The translations under genes were made by a program, and so were the position numbers. Shown here piece after piece: positions 10,422-19,696 of a stretch of 64,000 nucleotides of DNA. Origin of the DNA: Candidatus Poribacteria bacterium. Lineage in GTDB: Bacteria > Poribacteria > WGA-4E > PCPOR2b. The DNA lies in NCBI GenBank assembly GCA_965198175.1, contig OZ240245.1, positions 3,328,001-3,392,000 of the forward strand. Reading direction: 5' to 3'. Each line of letters begins with the position of its first letter. Position 1 is the stretch's first letter. Below the pieces are notes generated by a model. The model saw only the letters and a program-made list of their open reading frames with translations, was not told the origin of the DNA and did no database searches.

Positions 10422-11654
10422 CTATCGCCATGCCCGCTGGATTTTTGCGATGGCTTCAACGATGTCGTTCAGATCTTCGTGTGTACCAAGCAGAATATTC
10501 TGGAATAGCCAGACGCTTTCTTCACAAGCACGTGCTGCGACGGGACACGAGGTGTACCGAATGAGATGCGGGTATTTTTGAGCAATGTGCGCTATGCCTG
10601 CTTCTTGCGAAAGCGGGACGCTGTAACCCTCTGAACAAGGGATCCCTTCGGCTACCAACGCATCAATAAATTCGCCTCTCGACCTCCCTCCAAACCCATC
10701 CGCATGATATTTCATCATGTAGAAGTGGTAACTGTGCACCGTGACCCAGGGGCTAAGTTTTGGAGGGGTAATCCCTTCGATTGACGCAAGTGCTGTCGAA
10801 AGATAAGCTGCGTTGGCGTTCCGAAGCTCCGTCTGCACCTGTAACTTTTCCAACCGCACAATCAGCAGAGCCGCGAGATACGCCGATGGACGGTAGTTCC
10901 AGCCGAGCCGAGGATATTCCCACCGCGCGCCACCGGGGGGGCGCCCCACATTCATGAAAGCATGCACACGAGCCCAAACATCTTTGTCACTAGTCGTCAC
11001 CATACCACCTTCACCGGAAGTAAGATTTTTGCTCGATTGAAAACTGAACGCGCCCGCATCGCCAAGAGAACCGACTTTGGCGCCTTGATATTCCGCCCCG
11101 TGTGCCTGCGCGCAGTCTTCGATTATTGCGAGTCCGTGCCTCTCAGCAATGTGCTGGATCGCCGCCATGTTCGCTCCATGCCCGCCCAAGTGCACCGGCA
11201 GTATCGCTCTTGTTCGATTCGGATCAATCGCCGCTTCGACGGCAGCCGGGTCGATTGTGAAACTGTCTGGGTCAATATCTACAAACACGATCGTACATCG
11301 CTGATCCAAGGCGGCGCTTGCTGTTGCGACAAAGGTATAGTTGGGAATAATCACTTCACCGCCATCGCCAAAACCGTCTAAATCCAGCACGCCAGCCAAG
11401 GCAGCCCTGATGGCGTCTGTGCCATGCGGCATAAACAGGGCGTAGGTAGTACCCGTGTATTGCGCGTACTTCTCAACAAACTCCTCTGATTTCTTCGCAT
11501 CCAATCCCTCAGTACCACTGAGATAAACCTCTCGCAATTGAGGTTCGATTTCTGTTTCCCATTCGTGGAGGTTCGTTAATGGCCATGTGGGCCACGGCTC
11601 CGATTTTGAGTCTCGGACCGGCGTTCCGCCGGATATGGCTAATTTGTCTGTCAT
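10422..11654 (-). CDS. DegT/DnrJ/EryC1/StrS family PLP-dependent aminotransferase
   Basis: PNYTFVATA, IIEDCAQAHGA, FSFQSSKNLTSGEGG (PLP lysine), GWNYR. Start moved to MTDKLAISGG (11654), which follows GGAG. Confidence 0.92.
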   Translation of the reverse strand: MTDKLAISGGTPVRDSKSEPWPTWPLTNLHEWETEIEPQLREVYLSGTEGLDAKKSEEFVEKYAQYTGTTYALFMPHGTDAIRAALAGVLDLDGFGDGGEVIIPNYTFVATASAALDQRCTIVFVDIDPDSFTIDPAAVEAAIDPNRTRAILPVHLGGHGANMAAIQHIAERHGLAIIEDCAQAHGAEYQGAKVGSLGDAGAFSFQSSKNLTSGEGGMVTTSDKDVWARVHAFMNVGRPPGGARWEYPRLGWNYRPSAYLAALLIVRLEKLQVQTELRNANAAYLSTALASIEGITPPKLSPWVTVHSYHFYMMKYHADGFGGRSRGEFIDALVAEGIPCSEGYSVPLSQEAGIAHIAQKYPHLIRYTSCPVAARACEESVWLFQNILLGTHEDLNDIVEAIAKIQRAWR

Positions 11655-11726
11655 AGCAGCTCCCTGCAAGGGACACCATCCTTCCATATAGTTCATCTCT
11701 TAAATTCGGCTTAAAATGACCTTAAA

Positions 11727-12758
11727 TCAGTCGGGACACACTGCCTCTTGGACAAAAACCCCTGCCTTGGCGGCGATCTCAATTGCCTTGTGGGCGTTTA
11801 TTACCTTAGGACCGTTGAGATTGAACTGAAATCGAACAGCAGCGCCCGCCTTCAGTTCGATTTCGCGCTCGCCATCAAGAGCGAGCACACAAGGCTCTCG
11901 ACGAACCAGGATAACCTCGTCACACGGAGACAACAACCGGTATTCAGCGAGGCTTACCCTGCGAATCAAGCCAGGCGCAATCGGGGCAAGCACCTCCTGT
12001 CCACCGGGTTCCAGTCGGAGATACAGACCATGCTCGGATGAGCAACTCCCACCCAGGATATGTGCACCAATAGATGACAGTCCGATAGTGCCTGCTTTGG
12101 CACGAGTCGAAATGACCGCTTTAATTTTGGATGCATCCCAGATAGCGCGGGAGGCGATGAACTGTTCATCATAGATAGCGGCATCTACCAGAGCAATGTC
12201 ATCCGGTACATCGGTGTGGATTGGAACGCTGCCTGCTTGGCGAGAGTTTTCATGAAAGATGTCCAAGCGCGGCGCTTTGCGCACCGCCTCGTTTGCCAGT
12301 CCACACGCCACCAAACCCGCGGCGATACCAGCAACCGTACCTTCAATCATCGTTGGGAAGACGTTGTTGGTCCCCGTGGAGATTGGCATGAGGGGAACGT
12401 TCCCGCTAGTCTTAGCCACAGCACGATTGGTACCGTCACCACCCAGCGTGACGATGCAGTTGACATGTTCCGCAACCATGCGCGCCGAAGCCTGTGTCGA
12501 ATCCTCACAAGAGAAGGTTACCGGCATAGGCAGGATTGAGACATCAAACCCCAGGTCTAGTCCGTCAAGAGCTTTTTTGCCGATGCAGAACGAGTCGGGC
12601 ATAATCCAAGCTCGCTTGACACCGGTCGCTTCCAGCCCTAACAACAGTCGGCGGACGATGTTGACCTTCTCGTTGTTGTTGAATACCGTGCCATGCGCTA
12701 CGAGTCGGCGGATATCCTTGCCCGAAGCTGGGTTCGCGATGATGCCAACACTGTTCAT
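11727..12758 (-). CDS. ATP-NAD kinase family protein (AcoX-like)
   Basis: VGIIANPASGKDIRRLVA, LGGDGTNR, STGTNNVFP and ALDGERE are typical of the acetoin catabolism protein X/NAD kinase family. Confidence 0.88.
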   Translation of the reverse strand: MNSVGIIANPASGKDIRRLVAHGTVFNNNEKVNIVRRLLLGLEATGVKRAWIMPDSFCIGKKALDGLDLGFDVSILPMPVTFSCEDSTQASARMVAEHVNCIVTLGGDGTNRAVAKTSGNVPLMPISTGTNNVFPTMIEGTVAGIAAGLVACGLANEAVRKAPRLDIFHENSRQAGSVPIHTDVPDDIALVDAAIYDEQFIASRAIWDASKIKAVISTRAKAGTIGLSSIGAHILGGSCSSEHGLYLRLEPGGQEVLAPIAPGLIRRVSLAEYRLLSPCDEVILVRREPCVLALDGEREIELKAGAAVRFQFNLNGPKVINAHKAIEIAAKAGVFVQEAVCPD

Positions 12759-12774
12759 TGCTGTGATAGATATT

Positions 12775-12983
12775 CTGTCACATGTAGGCGGGACATCCCT
12801 GTCCCGACAATCGGGGCTAGGAAGCCCCTCCTACTGATTCGGAGTACACTGTCACATGTAGGCGGGGACATCCCTGTCCCGACAATCGGGGCTAGGAAGC
12901 CCCTCCTACTGATTCGGAGTACACTGTCAGATGTAGCAGGGGCATCCCTGTCCCGACAGTCGGGGCTAGGAAGCCCCTCCCAC
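12775..12983. repeat. Tandem array of about three 74-75 bp GTAG-type REP units
   Basis: Units start at 12775, 12849 and 12924. Each reads GTAG-GCGGGACATCCCTGTCCCG-acaatc-GGGGCTAGGAAGCCCC-tcCTAC, i.e. two hairpins bounded by GTAG/CTAC. Confidence 0.85.
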
Positions 12984-13013
12984 AAATAGGGGATTAGATG
13001 CGTTATGTCGCAT

Positions 13014-13439
13014 TCAGACTCGAACAATTAAGGTGTAGTTTGGACCTTCAGCCTGTCCTTCTCTTCTGGAAATGTTGAGATAGAGTGACTCATCTTCTTG
13101 GAGCGTCCACCCACTCATATGCGTAGCGACTTTCAGTGGTTTCGCAAGGGGCTCAGTGGAATCGGAACGAAGAGAGAATTCAACGCCTTCACATGCCGTC
13201 AATTGCACATGAACATCAAGTGGGCACTCCGCAATTCGGTTTGTGTAGCGTGCGAACTCACCTGTCACAACGCCCACAGTGCCGGAAACCTCATAGATGA
13301 ACTGGTTTTCACCTGTAACTTTGTGAGGATAGTCTGCACAAGTTTCTCCATTCACGTGGCATTGTTTGGAAGGAATTGTTGCAGGAGTATTTGCTTCTAT
13401 GCGAATAGTCTGGTTACGGAATAGCATCCGCATTTCCAT
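13014..13439 (-). CDS. Hypothetical protein (141 aa)
   Basis: Starts 2 bp after the dehydrogenase stop on the same strand, as expected in an operon. No recognised motif. Confidence 0.6.
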   Translation of the reverse strand: MEMRMLFRNQTIRIEANTPATIPSKQCHVNGETCADYPHKVTGENQFIYEVSGTVGVVTGEFARYTNRIAECPLDVHVQLTACEGVEFSLRSDSTEPLAKPLKVATHMSGWTLQEDESLYLNISRREGQAEGPNYTLIVRV

Positions 13440-13441
13440 GG

Positions 13442-14479
13442 CTATCGCGCGTTGACCATCACTTTGACCGAGCCGGTTTTTTTGTTCAGTGCTGTTTCGA
13501 AGGCATCGGGCGTCTGCTCTAGCGCGAAGCGGTGCGTGACCAGTTGTATCGGGTTCACCTTGCCGGAAGCGATGAGGTCTGAGGCGATTTCGTAGTCATG
13601 CCGCCCATCCACAGCACTGTAGCATACAGAGAAGATGATGGTCACTTCCCTCCCCAGTGCATTTCCCAAGCTGACCAATACCGGGTCAGGAAATACACCG
13701 GTAACGATAACTTTGCCTTTGGGTTTAACAACGCTGATGGACTGATCCACGCTAGGTGCCGACCCGCCAACGGTTTCGATGACAACATCAATTGGTTGAC
13801 CAGCGACAACTTCCCTAACCTGTTCAGGAAAATTTCCGCCTCCCAATCGGATTACGCCATCTGCGCCCATCTTTTCAGCCATGTCCGCCTGGACATCGTA
13901 TTTCGCCACAATGTACATAGAACCGGCGCCGAAGGCTTTAGCAACGGCTAGACTCAACAACCCTATCGTTCCCGCGCCTAAAACCAGCACGATGTCACCA
14001 GGTTTGAGCCCGCCAAACCGGCATGCGTGCACACCGACTGCGACGGGTTCCACCATGGCACCCTCTTCATAAGAGAGAAGTTGCGGCAGTGGAGCTAGCC
14101 CTAACCCCTGGACCTCCATATACTCAGCGAAACCGCCGCCCCACGGCACCTGATCCTTGTTCGGGCAGTGGAAATATTGACCGGTGTGGCAGGTCGGACA
14201 CTTCCCACAAGCGTGGTGGCGGGTAAGATCTACACAGACGCGATCGCCTACTCGGAGGCTGCCGACCTGCGTGCCAACTTCAACAACCTCGCCGCTGACT
14301 TCATGCCCTAGCACGGTAGGATTGGGATAAGGACGGGCTGAATACCAATGTAGGTCAGAGCCACAAACACCGCTGCTGACGACTTTGATAACGGCAGTCC
14401 CTGCCTTTGACTGGGGAACGTCTGCCTCCTCAACACGCATGTCGCGGGCATCATACATTATAGCCGCCTTCATATTCAT
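13442..14479 (-). CDS. Zinc-dependent alcohol/polyol dehydrogenase (MDR family)
   Basis: GVCGSDLH, LGHEVSG, structural Zn motif CGKCPTCHTGQYFHC, GAGTIG. Start moved to MNMKAAIM, downstream of AAGGAG. Confidence 0.93.
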   Translation of the reverse strand: MNMKAAIMYDARDMRVEEADVPQSKAGTAVIKVVSSGVCGSDLHWYSARPYPNPTVLGHEVSGEVVEVGTQVGSLRVGDRVCVDLTRHHACGKCPTCHTGQYFHCPNKDQVPWGGGFAEYMEVQGLGLAPLPQLLSYEEGAMVEPVAVGVHACRFGGLKPGDIVLVLGAGTIGLLSLAVAKAFGAGSMYIVAKYDVQADMAEKMGADGVIRLGGGNFPEQVREVVAGQPIDVVIETVGGSAPSVDQSISVVKPKGKVIVTGVFPDPVLVSLGNALGREVTIIFSVCYSAVDGRHDYEIASDLIASGKVNPIQLVTHRFALEQTPDAFETALNKKTGSVKVMVNAR

Positions 14480-14518
14480 GAGTTTACTTGCTCCTTTTTC
14501 CAGCGAATTCGAGTTCTT

Positions 14519-14627
14519 GTAGGTTGGGTGGAGCCAACTGCGATACCCAACGATCAAGTGACCGAATAGGGTAGGCGATGGTCCTGTCGGTTAAAACTAT
14601 CGCGTTCCCTATTCGGTCACTTGATCG
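14519..14627. repeat. Single GTAG REP-like hairpin followed by a perfect 21-bp inverted repeat
   Basis: GTAGGTTGGGTggagccaactgcgatACCCAAC, then CGATCAAGTGACCGAATAGGG (14551-14571) pairing with CCCTATTCGGTCACTTGATCG (14607-14627). Confidence 0.7.
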
Positions 14628-14634
14628 GATTGAT

Positions 14635-16932
14635 TCAACTGCCGTTGTTATGCAAGGCAGCGACAATCTTCTCCGGTTTAATCGGCAGGTCATTAATCCG
14701 AACGCCGACCGCGTCGACAACCGCGTTTGACATTGTTGCTAACGTTGGCGTGATTGGCGGTTCACCGACGCCTTTTGCGCCAAATGGACCGTTAGGGGCA
14801 GGAACTTCGACGATGACAGATTCAACTGTGGGCAAATCTGCGGAGGTTGGGACGCGGTAATCGACAAAGCCCGGATTCACATTGCCGTTCTCGTCGTATT
14901 GCATCTCTTCCATAATTGCCCACGCATAACCCTGTACTGTACCGCCCTCAATTTGTCCTTCAACCGCCATCGGATTGATGGCAAAGCCGACATCTTGTGA
15001 CGAGACCATCTTAAGCACCTTAATGCGTCCCGTATCGGGGTCAACCTCGACTTTAGCAATTTGCGCAGCGAGCGCAGGCGTGCTGGACTGTTGTGCGAAC
15101 GAGCCTTTTCCAACGATTGGCCCGCCTCTTGTATTCAGACTGTAGGCACCTAACTCGCCGAGTGAGATTGATTTAGGTAAATCAGTACCGCTTACGAAAA
15201 CCTTCCCATCTTTGAGTTCGAGGGTATCCATCTCTATATTCAGCCGTTCAGCGGCGAGTTCAAGGATTCGTCTGCGTGTATCTTCAGCTGCGAGTTTCGC
15301 GGTGTTGCCCATCGTGAATGTGACAACGCTGCCACCAGAACCGGTTGCGTAGGGAGCAGAATCGGTGTCACCACGAGTGATTGTAACGCGCTCGTAAGGA
15401 AGGGTGAGGATTTCTGCGACTATCTGGGTGATTGCCGTATCCGTACCGGTGATGTCCATCGAACCGTGAAAGATTCGAGCGCTGCCGTCTTCGTGGATGG
15501 AAACATATACCCCACCAGGGCCGCAGCCGTTTGTCCAATCACCAACGGCGACGCCCCAGCCCTGATTCAGCGATTTTTCTCGGTTCCACCAACCCGCAGC
15601 ATCGGCAACCGCTTCGAGGGTTTCCTTGTAACCAACAATCGGCTCTTGGCTGCCACCGGGAATCATATCTCCTTCTTCACGCATATTTTTGAGTCGGAAT
15701 TGGACAGGGTCCATCCCAATTCGGCGTGCAATTTCGTCCAGTTGAGATTCCCCCGCAAAGATTGCTTGTGGTGCGCCTGGTGCTCGATAGGCGGTAGTCC
15801 CAGATTTGTTAGTGTAAACCCCGTAGGCATCGACCTTCAGATTCGGAATTTTGTAGACGCCGCGCACTCGGATAGTGCTACCAATCGAGGCGCCAGAAAC
15901 TGCACCGGAATCCCAGAACGCCAGCGCTTGACAAGCTAGGATGTCGCCGGTTTTCGTCGCGCCCGTTTTCATCTTGATAACGCATCCCGGTGCCGGACGT
16001 CCATCAAGGAACTCCTCTTTGCGAGTAACTTGTACCCTCACGGGTCTGCCTGTTTTCTGCGAAAGTAAAACAGCGGGGACATGCGTCATTGTAACCCCGA
16101 AACGTCCACCGAATCCGCCTCCCATAATTGTAGGGATGACGTTAATCTGACTGAGTGGGATACCAAGCGTGCCGGCGATACCGGACCGAATTGCAAAAGG
16201 CCCCTGCGTGCTTGCCCACACCGTGACTTTCCCCGTAGAATCAGCACTTGCGACGGACACATGTGGCTCCATGTAGGTCTGGTGGACGCGCGGAATAATG
16301 TATGTATCCTCGACGACAACATCCGACTCAGCAAAGCCTTTTTCCACGTCACCAACATCTGTGTGGGTCTCAGCAGAGATGTTGTAGTAGACATCCTCTT
16401 CCAGCATCTCCAACCTGGCTTCCAACTGACTCGTTTCTTCGCTGTGGTCTTCCGAATCGTCTCGGGATAGACGCTTCAGCTTGTTACTGATTGCTCGACG
16501 TGAGAGACCATCCTTAGGTTCATCGCTGTGTAAGCGCGGCGCTGTGGACTTAATTGCTTCCATCACATCCTGCACAACAGGCAGAGGTTCATACTCGATT
16601 TTAATCAGGGCTACCGCTTCTTCCGCGATGTCTGGGTCAGTTGCTGCGACGGCGGCAATTGGTTCTCCGAAATACAAGACTTTATCCGACGCAAACACCT
16701 TTCGTCCGCTCTCAACATCCGACTGCGTAATGATAGCGCGCACCCCCGGCAGCTTTTCGGCTTGACGAGTGTCGATGTGAAGAATCTTAGCATGTGGATA
16801 TTCGCTGCGAACAATTTTGCCGTAAAGCATGCCGGGTGGATGAACATCTGCTCCATACTTCGCTGCGCCGGTGACTTTCTCAAGCGCATCGACTCTCGGT
16901 ACTCTTCTACCTACAACTGAATGTACTGACAT
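14635..16932 (-). CDS. Xanthine dehydrogenase family molybdopterin-binding (large) subunit
   Basis: RVDALEKVTGAAKY, MGGGFGGR, AYRAPG, GQIEGGTVQG, GAKGVGEPP. Confidence 0.93.
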   Translation of the reverse strand: MSVHSVVGRRVPRVDALEKVTGAAKYGADVHPPGMLYGKIVRSEYPHAKILHIDTRQAEKLPGVRAIITQSDVESGRKVFASDKVLYFGEPIAAVAATDPDIAEEAVALIKIEYEPLPVVQDVMEAIKSTAPRLHSDEPKDGLSRRAISNKLKRLSRDDSEDHSEETSQLEARLEMLEEDVYYNISAETHTDVGDVEKGFAESDVVVEDTYIIPRVHQTYMEPHVSVASADSTGKVTVWASTQGPFAIRSGIAGTLGIPLSQINVIPTIMGGGFGGRFGVTMTHVPAVLLSQKTGRPVRVQVTRKEEFLDGRPAPGCVIKMKTGATKTGDILACQALAFWDSGAVSGASIGSTIRVRGVYKIPNLKVDAYGVYTNKSGTTAYRAPGAPQAIFAGESQLDEIARRIGMDPVQFRLKNMREEGDMIPGGSQEPIVGYKETLEAVADAAGWWNREKSLNQGWGVAVGDWTNGCGPGGVYVSIHEDGSARIFHGSMDITGTDTAITQIVAEILTLPYERVTITRGDTDSAPYATGSGGSVVTFTMGNTAKLAAEDTRRRILELAAERLNIEMDTLELKDGKVFVSGTDLPKSISLGELGAYSLNTRGGPIVGKGSFAQQSSTPALAAQIAKVEVDPDTGRIKVLKMVSSQDVGFAINPMAVEGQIEGGTVQGYAWAIMEEMQYDENGNVNPGFVDYRVPTSADLPTVESVIVEVPAPNGPFGAKGVGEPPITPTLATMSNAVVDAVGVRINDLPIKPEKIVAALHNNGS

Positions 16933-17013
16933 GAAGAATGCTCCTTATATTCTTATATTGAGGACGCGGGACTGGGTATTAGGCATCGGGTTGAAACAAA
17001 AAAACTCCAATAT

Positions 17014-17502
17014 CTAACGCACCTCCCGTGCTTCACACATCGCTTCTGTTGCACTCATTACCGCCTCGATAATCTTCGTGTATCCCGTACACCGGCAGAT
17101 ATTACCACCGAGGGCGTGTCTGACCTCCGCTTCCGACGCATCGGGGTTTTCATCAAGGAAGGCTTTGGACGCCATGATGAATCCCGGCGTGCAGAAACCA
17201 CACTGATAACCACCCTTGTCTATAAACGCTTGCTGGAGGGGATGTAAGGAACCGTTATCTGATAGCCCTTCAATCGTCGTGATCTCTTTGCCGTTCGCAC
17301 TAACGGCGAGCATCAGGCACGATGTTACTGATTTACCATCGACGATAACCGTGCACGCGCCACAGTCACCGGTGCTACAGCCCTCTTTTGTCCCTGTCAA
17401 ACCGATTGTATCCCGTAGAACCGCCAACAGTGTTTTTCGGGGCTCAATCAGCAAATCGTACTGATCGGTGTTGATTGTCAAACTCACTAGATGTTTCTTC
17501 AT
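17014..17502 (-). CDS. Xanthine dehydrogenase family 2Fe-2S (small) subunit
   Basis: GCSTGDCGACTV, QCGFCTPG, NICRCTGY. Confidence 0.95.
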   Translation of the reverse strand: MKKHLVSLTINTDQYDLLIEPRKTLLAVLRDTIGLTGTKEGCSTGDCGACTVIVDGKSVTSCLMLAVSANGKEITTIEGLSDNGSLHPLQQAFIDKGGYQCGFCTPGFIMASKAFLDENPDASEAEVRHALGGNICRCTGYTKIIEAVMSATEAMCEAREVR

Positions 17503-17626
17503 CTACTCCTACCACTCCTTTCCTAGTCCCAGTTCTATGCTTCTAATCCAAGACAACCGGACCATATATCGGGGATAAACTTGCACGCAAAAAAACGCAC
17601 ACGAGCTTCCGGCAGGAACATCTGGC

Positions 17627-18487
17627 TTAGATTCTCGCTGCTGAGGTCTGGATAGTCCGTTTGGTTAAGACCCGTACCATTTCCTCCCGATAATCGGCTG
17701 AACACCGCAAATCTGAAATTGGGCTTGCCTGCGCTGAAGCAGCCGAAGCTGCTTCGTTCAGAATCGCCTCCGTAAGTGGATTTCCTTTGAGAATATCCTC
17801 CGCGTCAGTCGCCCGAATCGGTGTAGGCGCGACTGCAGCCAGCCCAATTTTGACATCTTCCACAACACCACTTGTTAACTGTAGAGAAGCAGCCACCCCT
17901 ATGAAAGCGAGATCCATGACCTCTCGAATCTTTTGCTTAATGTAGTATGAACCCGAACTTGCGGGACGAGGCGGACATATAAATCCAGTCACAATTTCAT
18001 CTCGCTTTAGCGTAGACTCACCTGGTCCCAGAAAAAAATCCCGGATAGGGACGGTGCGTTTTCCATCAGTGCCAGCAATTTCGACTTGTGCTCCGAATAC
18101 TAGCAACGCCGCAACCGTATCTGCAGCCGGGGAAGCATTACAGATATTTCCGCCCAGCGTCGCTAGGTTGCGAATCTGAATGGATCCAACCTCGCTTGCC
18201 CCCTCCGCTAATGCAGTGTAGCGGTTCCGAATAATTGAAGATTGTTCGATGGAACGCATTTTCGTCATCCCGCCAATCGATAAACCCGTATACTCATCAT
18301 ACGCAATACCATCCAATCCCGGAATTCGCTCTAAACTGATAACGGATTTCGGTGTTTCAATGTGATCTTTCAACCCGATGAGCAGATCTGTTCCCCCGGC
18401 TAAAACGGTGGCTTCATCCTTATTTTGCGCAAGCAGCGATGACGCTTCCTCGATTGTGGTTGGTTCAAAAAAAGCGAAGCTTCTCAA
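17627..18487 (-). CDS. Xanthine dehydrogenase family FAD-binding (medium) subunit
   Basis: LAGGTDL, QIRNLATLGGNICNASPAAD, PISDLRCSADYR. TTG start with AAGGAG. Confidence 0.93.
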   Translation of the reverse strand: MRSFAFFEPTTIEEASSLLAQNKDEATVLAGGTDLLIGLKDHIETPKSVISLERIPGLDGIAYDEYTGLSIGGMTKMRSIEQSSIIRNRYTALAEGASEVGSIQIRNLATLGGNICNASPAADTVAALLVFGAQVEIAGTDGKRTVPIRDFFLGPGESTLKRDEIVTGFICPPRPASSGSYYIKQKIREVMDLAFIGVAASLQLTSGVVEDVKIGLAAVAPTPIRATDAEDILKGNPLTEAILNEAASAASAQASPISDLRCSADYREEMVRVLTKRTIQTSAARI

Positions 18488-18531
18488 TGTAGATTACTCC
18501 TTGGGCGCGAATAGCATCTATCGGGCAGCAA

Positions 18532-18595
18532 TTGATATGCTTTATCGTGCCGATTTAGATGAATAAAGCATATCAAATCTGATTAGGCTTGTCAA
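18532..18595 (-). promoter_or_regulatory. Sigma70-type promoter for the Mo-hydroxylase operon, overlapped by a 14-bp inverted repeat
   Basis: TTGACA (18595-18590), 17 bp, TATGCT (18572-18567) with an extended TG. Inverted repeat TTGATATGCTTTAT (18532-18545) / ATAAAGCATATCAA (18563-18576). Confidence 0.6.
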
Positions 18596-18620
18596 GATTT
18601 GAATGCAACGCAGTCTTCCC

Positions 18621-19415
18621 TCACGCCGACATGAAGACAGGCAAATTATTCCGCTCGGTCAACCGATATTCGCGCTCCAGACCGCATAACCAGTAGAACA
18701 TCTCGGCTGCGTCATTGATTGCGCGGTGGTATTCGCGGTGATACGTAGGTCCGGGAGGCGGCCCCTTGGCCTGTCTAGGATTGAAGCCCGGTTCGTGAAT
18801 CCAGTCGCGTTTCGGAGGCACAGTTCGCTTATACGCATACTTGAACAGATGGCGAGTTCCCTTCGCGGTGGACGCCGTGCGGCGGTGCCAGATAGGGTAG
18901 GCGGTCAAAAAGATAGAGCCTGCAGGGGCTGTCGTGGAGACTGCGCCCCGAATGCTCCCGTAATGCGCCATTGATGGAATACCATCGGCGATAAGAAAAT
19001 GCGACGCAGGCAACACCTCAGTCGGTCCCAGCTCAGGCGGCGTATCTTGTGGATAATAGAATACTTGCAGGCAGTCGAGTATGGGCGGGAATACTGCGCC
19101 GCCATCGACATGCCATGGACCGGGCGGCAAAGGGCACACGACCGGATGGCCGGTACTTAGGTGAGCGGGAAAAGTAAAATCCTTTCCCAAGAGCGATCGG
19201 ATTGCACCGGTTGCTTGCGGGTTGAGGCTGACGTTCTCAATGACCCCATCTAATATCCCAGCATTGCCGCCATTGGGACGTTCCGCAAAATATTCAAACA
19301 CCTTCCGGTTGATTTCATCCGGAACCACACCTTCGAGCAACAGGAAGCCCTGTCTGCAAAACTCCAGCACGTGCGTATCTGTTAATGTTGGTGTACAGTC
19401 ATAGGTATCACTCAT
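18621..19415 (-). CDS. Phytanoyl-CoA dioxygenase (PhyH) family Fe(II)/2OG oxygenase
   Basis: FCRQGFLLLEGV, WHVDG (HxD), GPTEVLPASH, AGS...IWHRR. Confidence 0.88.
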   Translation of the reverse strand: MSDTYDCTPTLTDTHVLEFCRQGFLLLEGVVPDEINRKVFEYFAERPNGGNAGILDGVIENVSLNPQATGAIRSLLGKDFTFPAHLSTGHPVVCPLPPGPWHVDGGAVFPPILDCLQVFYYPQDTPPELGPTEVLPASHFLIADGIPSMAHYGSIRGAVSTTAPAGSIFLTAYPIWHRRTASTAKGTRHLFKYAYKRTVPPKRDWIHEPGFNPRQAKGPPPGPTYHREYHRAINDAAEMFYWLCGLEREYRLTERNNLPVFMSA

Positions 19416-19548
19416 CGTGCGTGACCTCCATTTTGGGATAGTCTATTCTTCAGTGACCTGAAGGAACCACGTGTTGTGCACTCACACTGTTGAGTACACT
19501 GTGGCATTCAAGATTACGCCGGTTTGTTCGACACACGACAGTAACCTG

Positions 19549-19580
19549 AAAAAACCGTGATCTTTCTTTCGTTATCACGG
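19549..19580 (-). terminator. Intrinsic terminator-like hairpin inside the putative phyH leader
   Basis: Minus strand reads CCGTGAT-aacgaaagaaag-ATCACGG-TTTTTT. Confidence 0.5.
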
Positions 19581-19608
19581 AGCCACTAGAATATCGTAAC
19601 GCATCGCA

Positions 19609-19637
19609 ATTTTACATGAAATTTCGGTCGATGTCAA
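19609..19637 (-). promoter_or_regulatory. Sigma70-type promoter upstream of the PhyH gene
   Basis: TTGACA, 17 bp, TAAAAT on the minus strand. Confidence 0.6.
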
Positions 19638-19696
19638 GTTCTGTGTAGGTTTGGATAATACGCGGCATTAGGAGACACGAACAACATTCCCGTTGA

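Noticed and set aside
12775..12983. CRISPR array
   Set aside because: The units are ~75 bp and the sequence between palindromes is identical, so there are no unique spacers. No cas genes are present.
12693..13027. ORFs 12693..12989 and 12755..13027
   Set aside because: They are translations of the REP tandem repeat.
14635..18487. Aerobic CO dehydrogenase (coxMSL)
   Set aside because: The order is M-S-L, but the active-site loop is AYRAPG, not the AYxCSFR of form I CODH.
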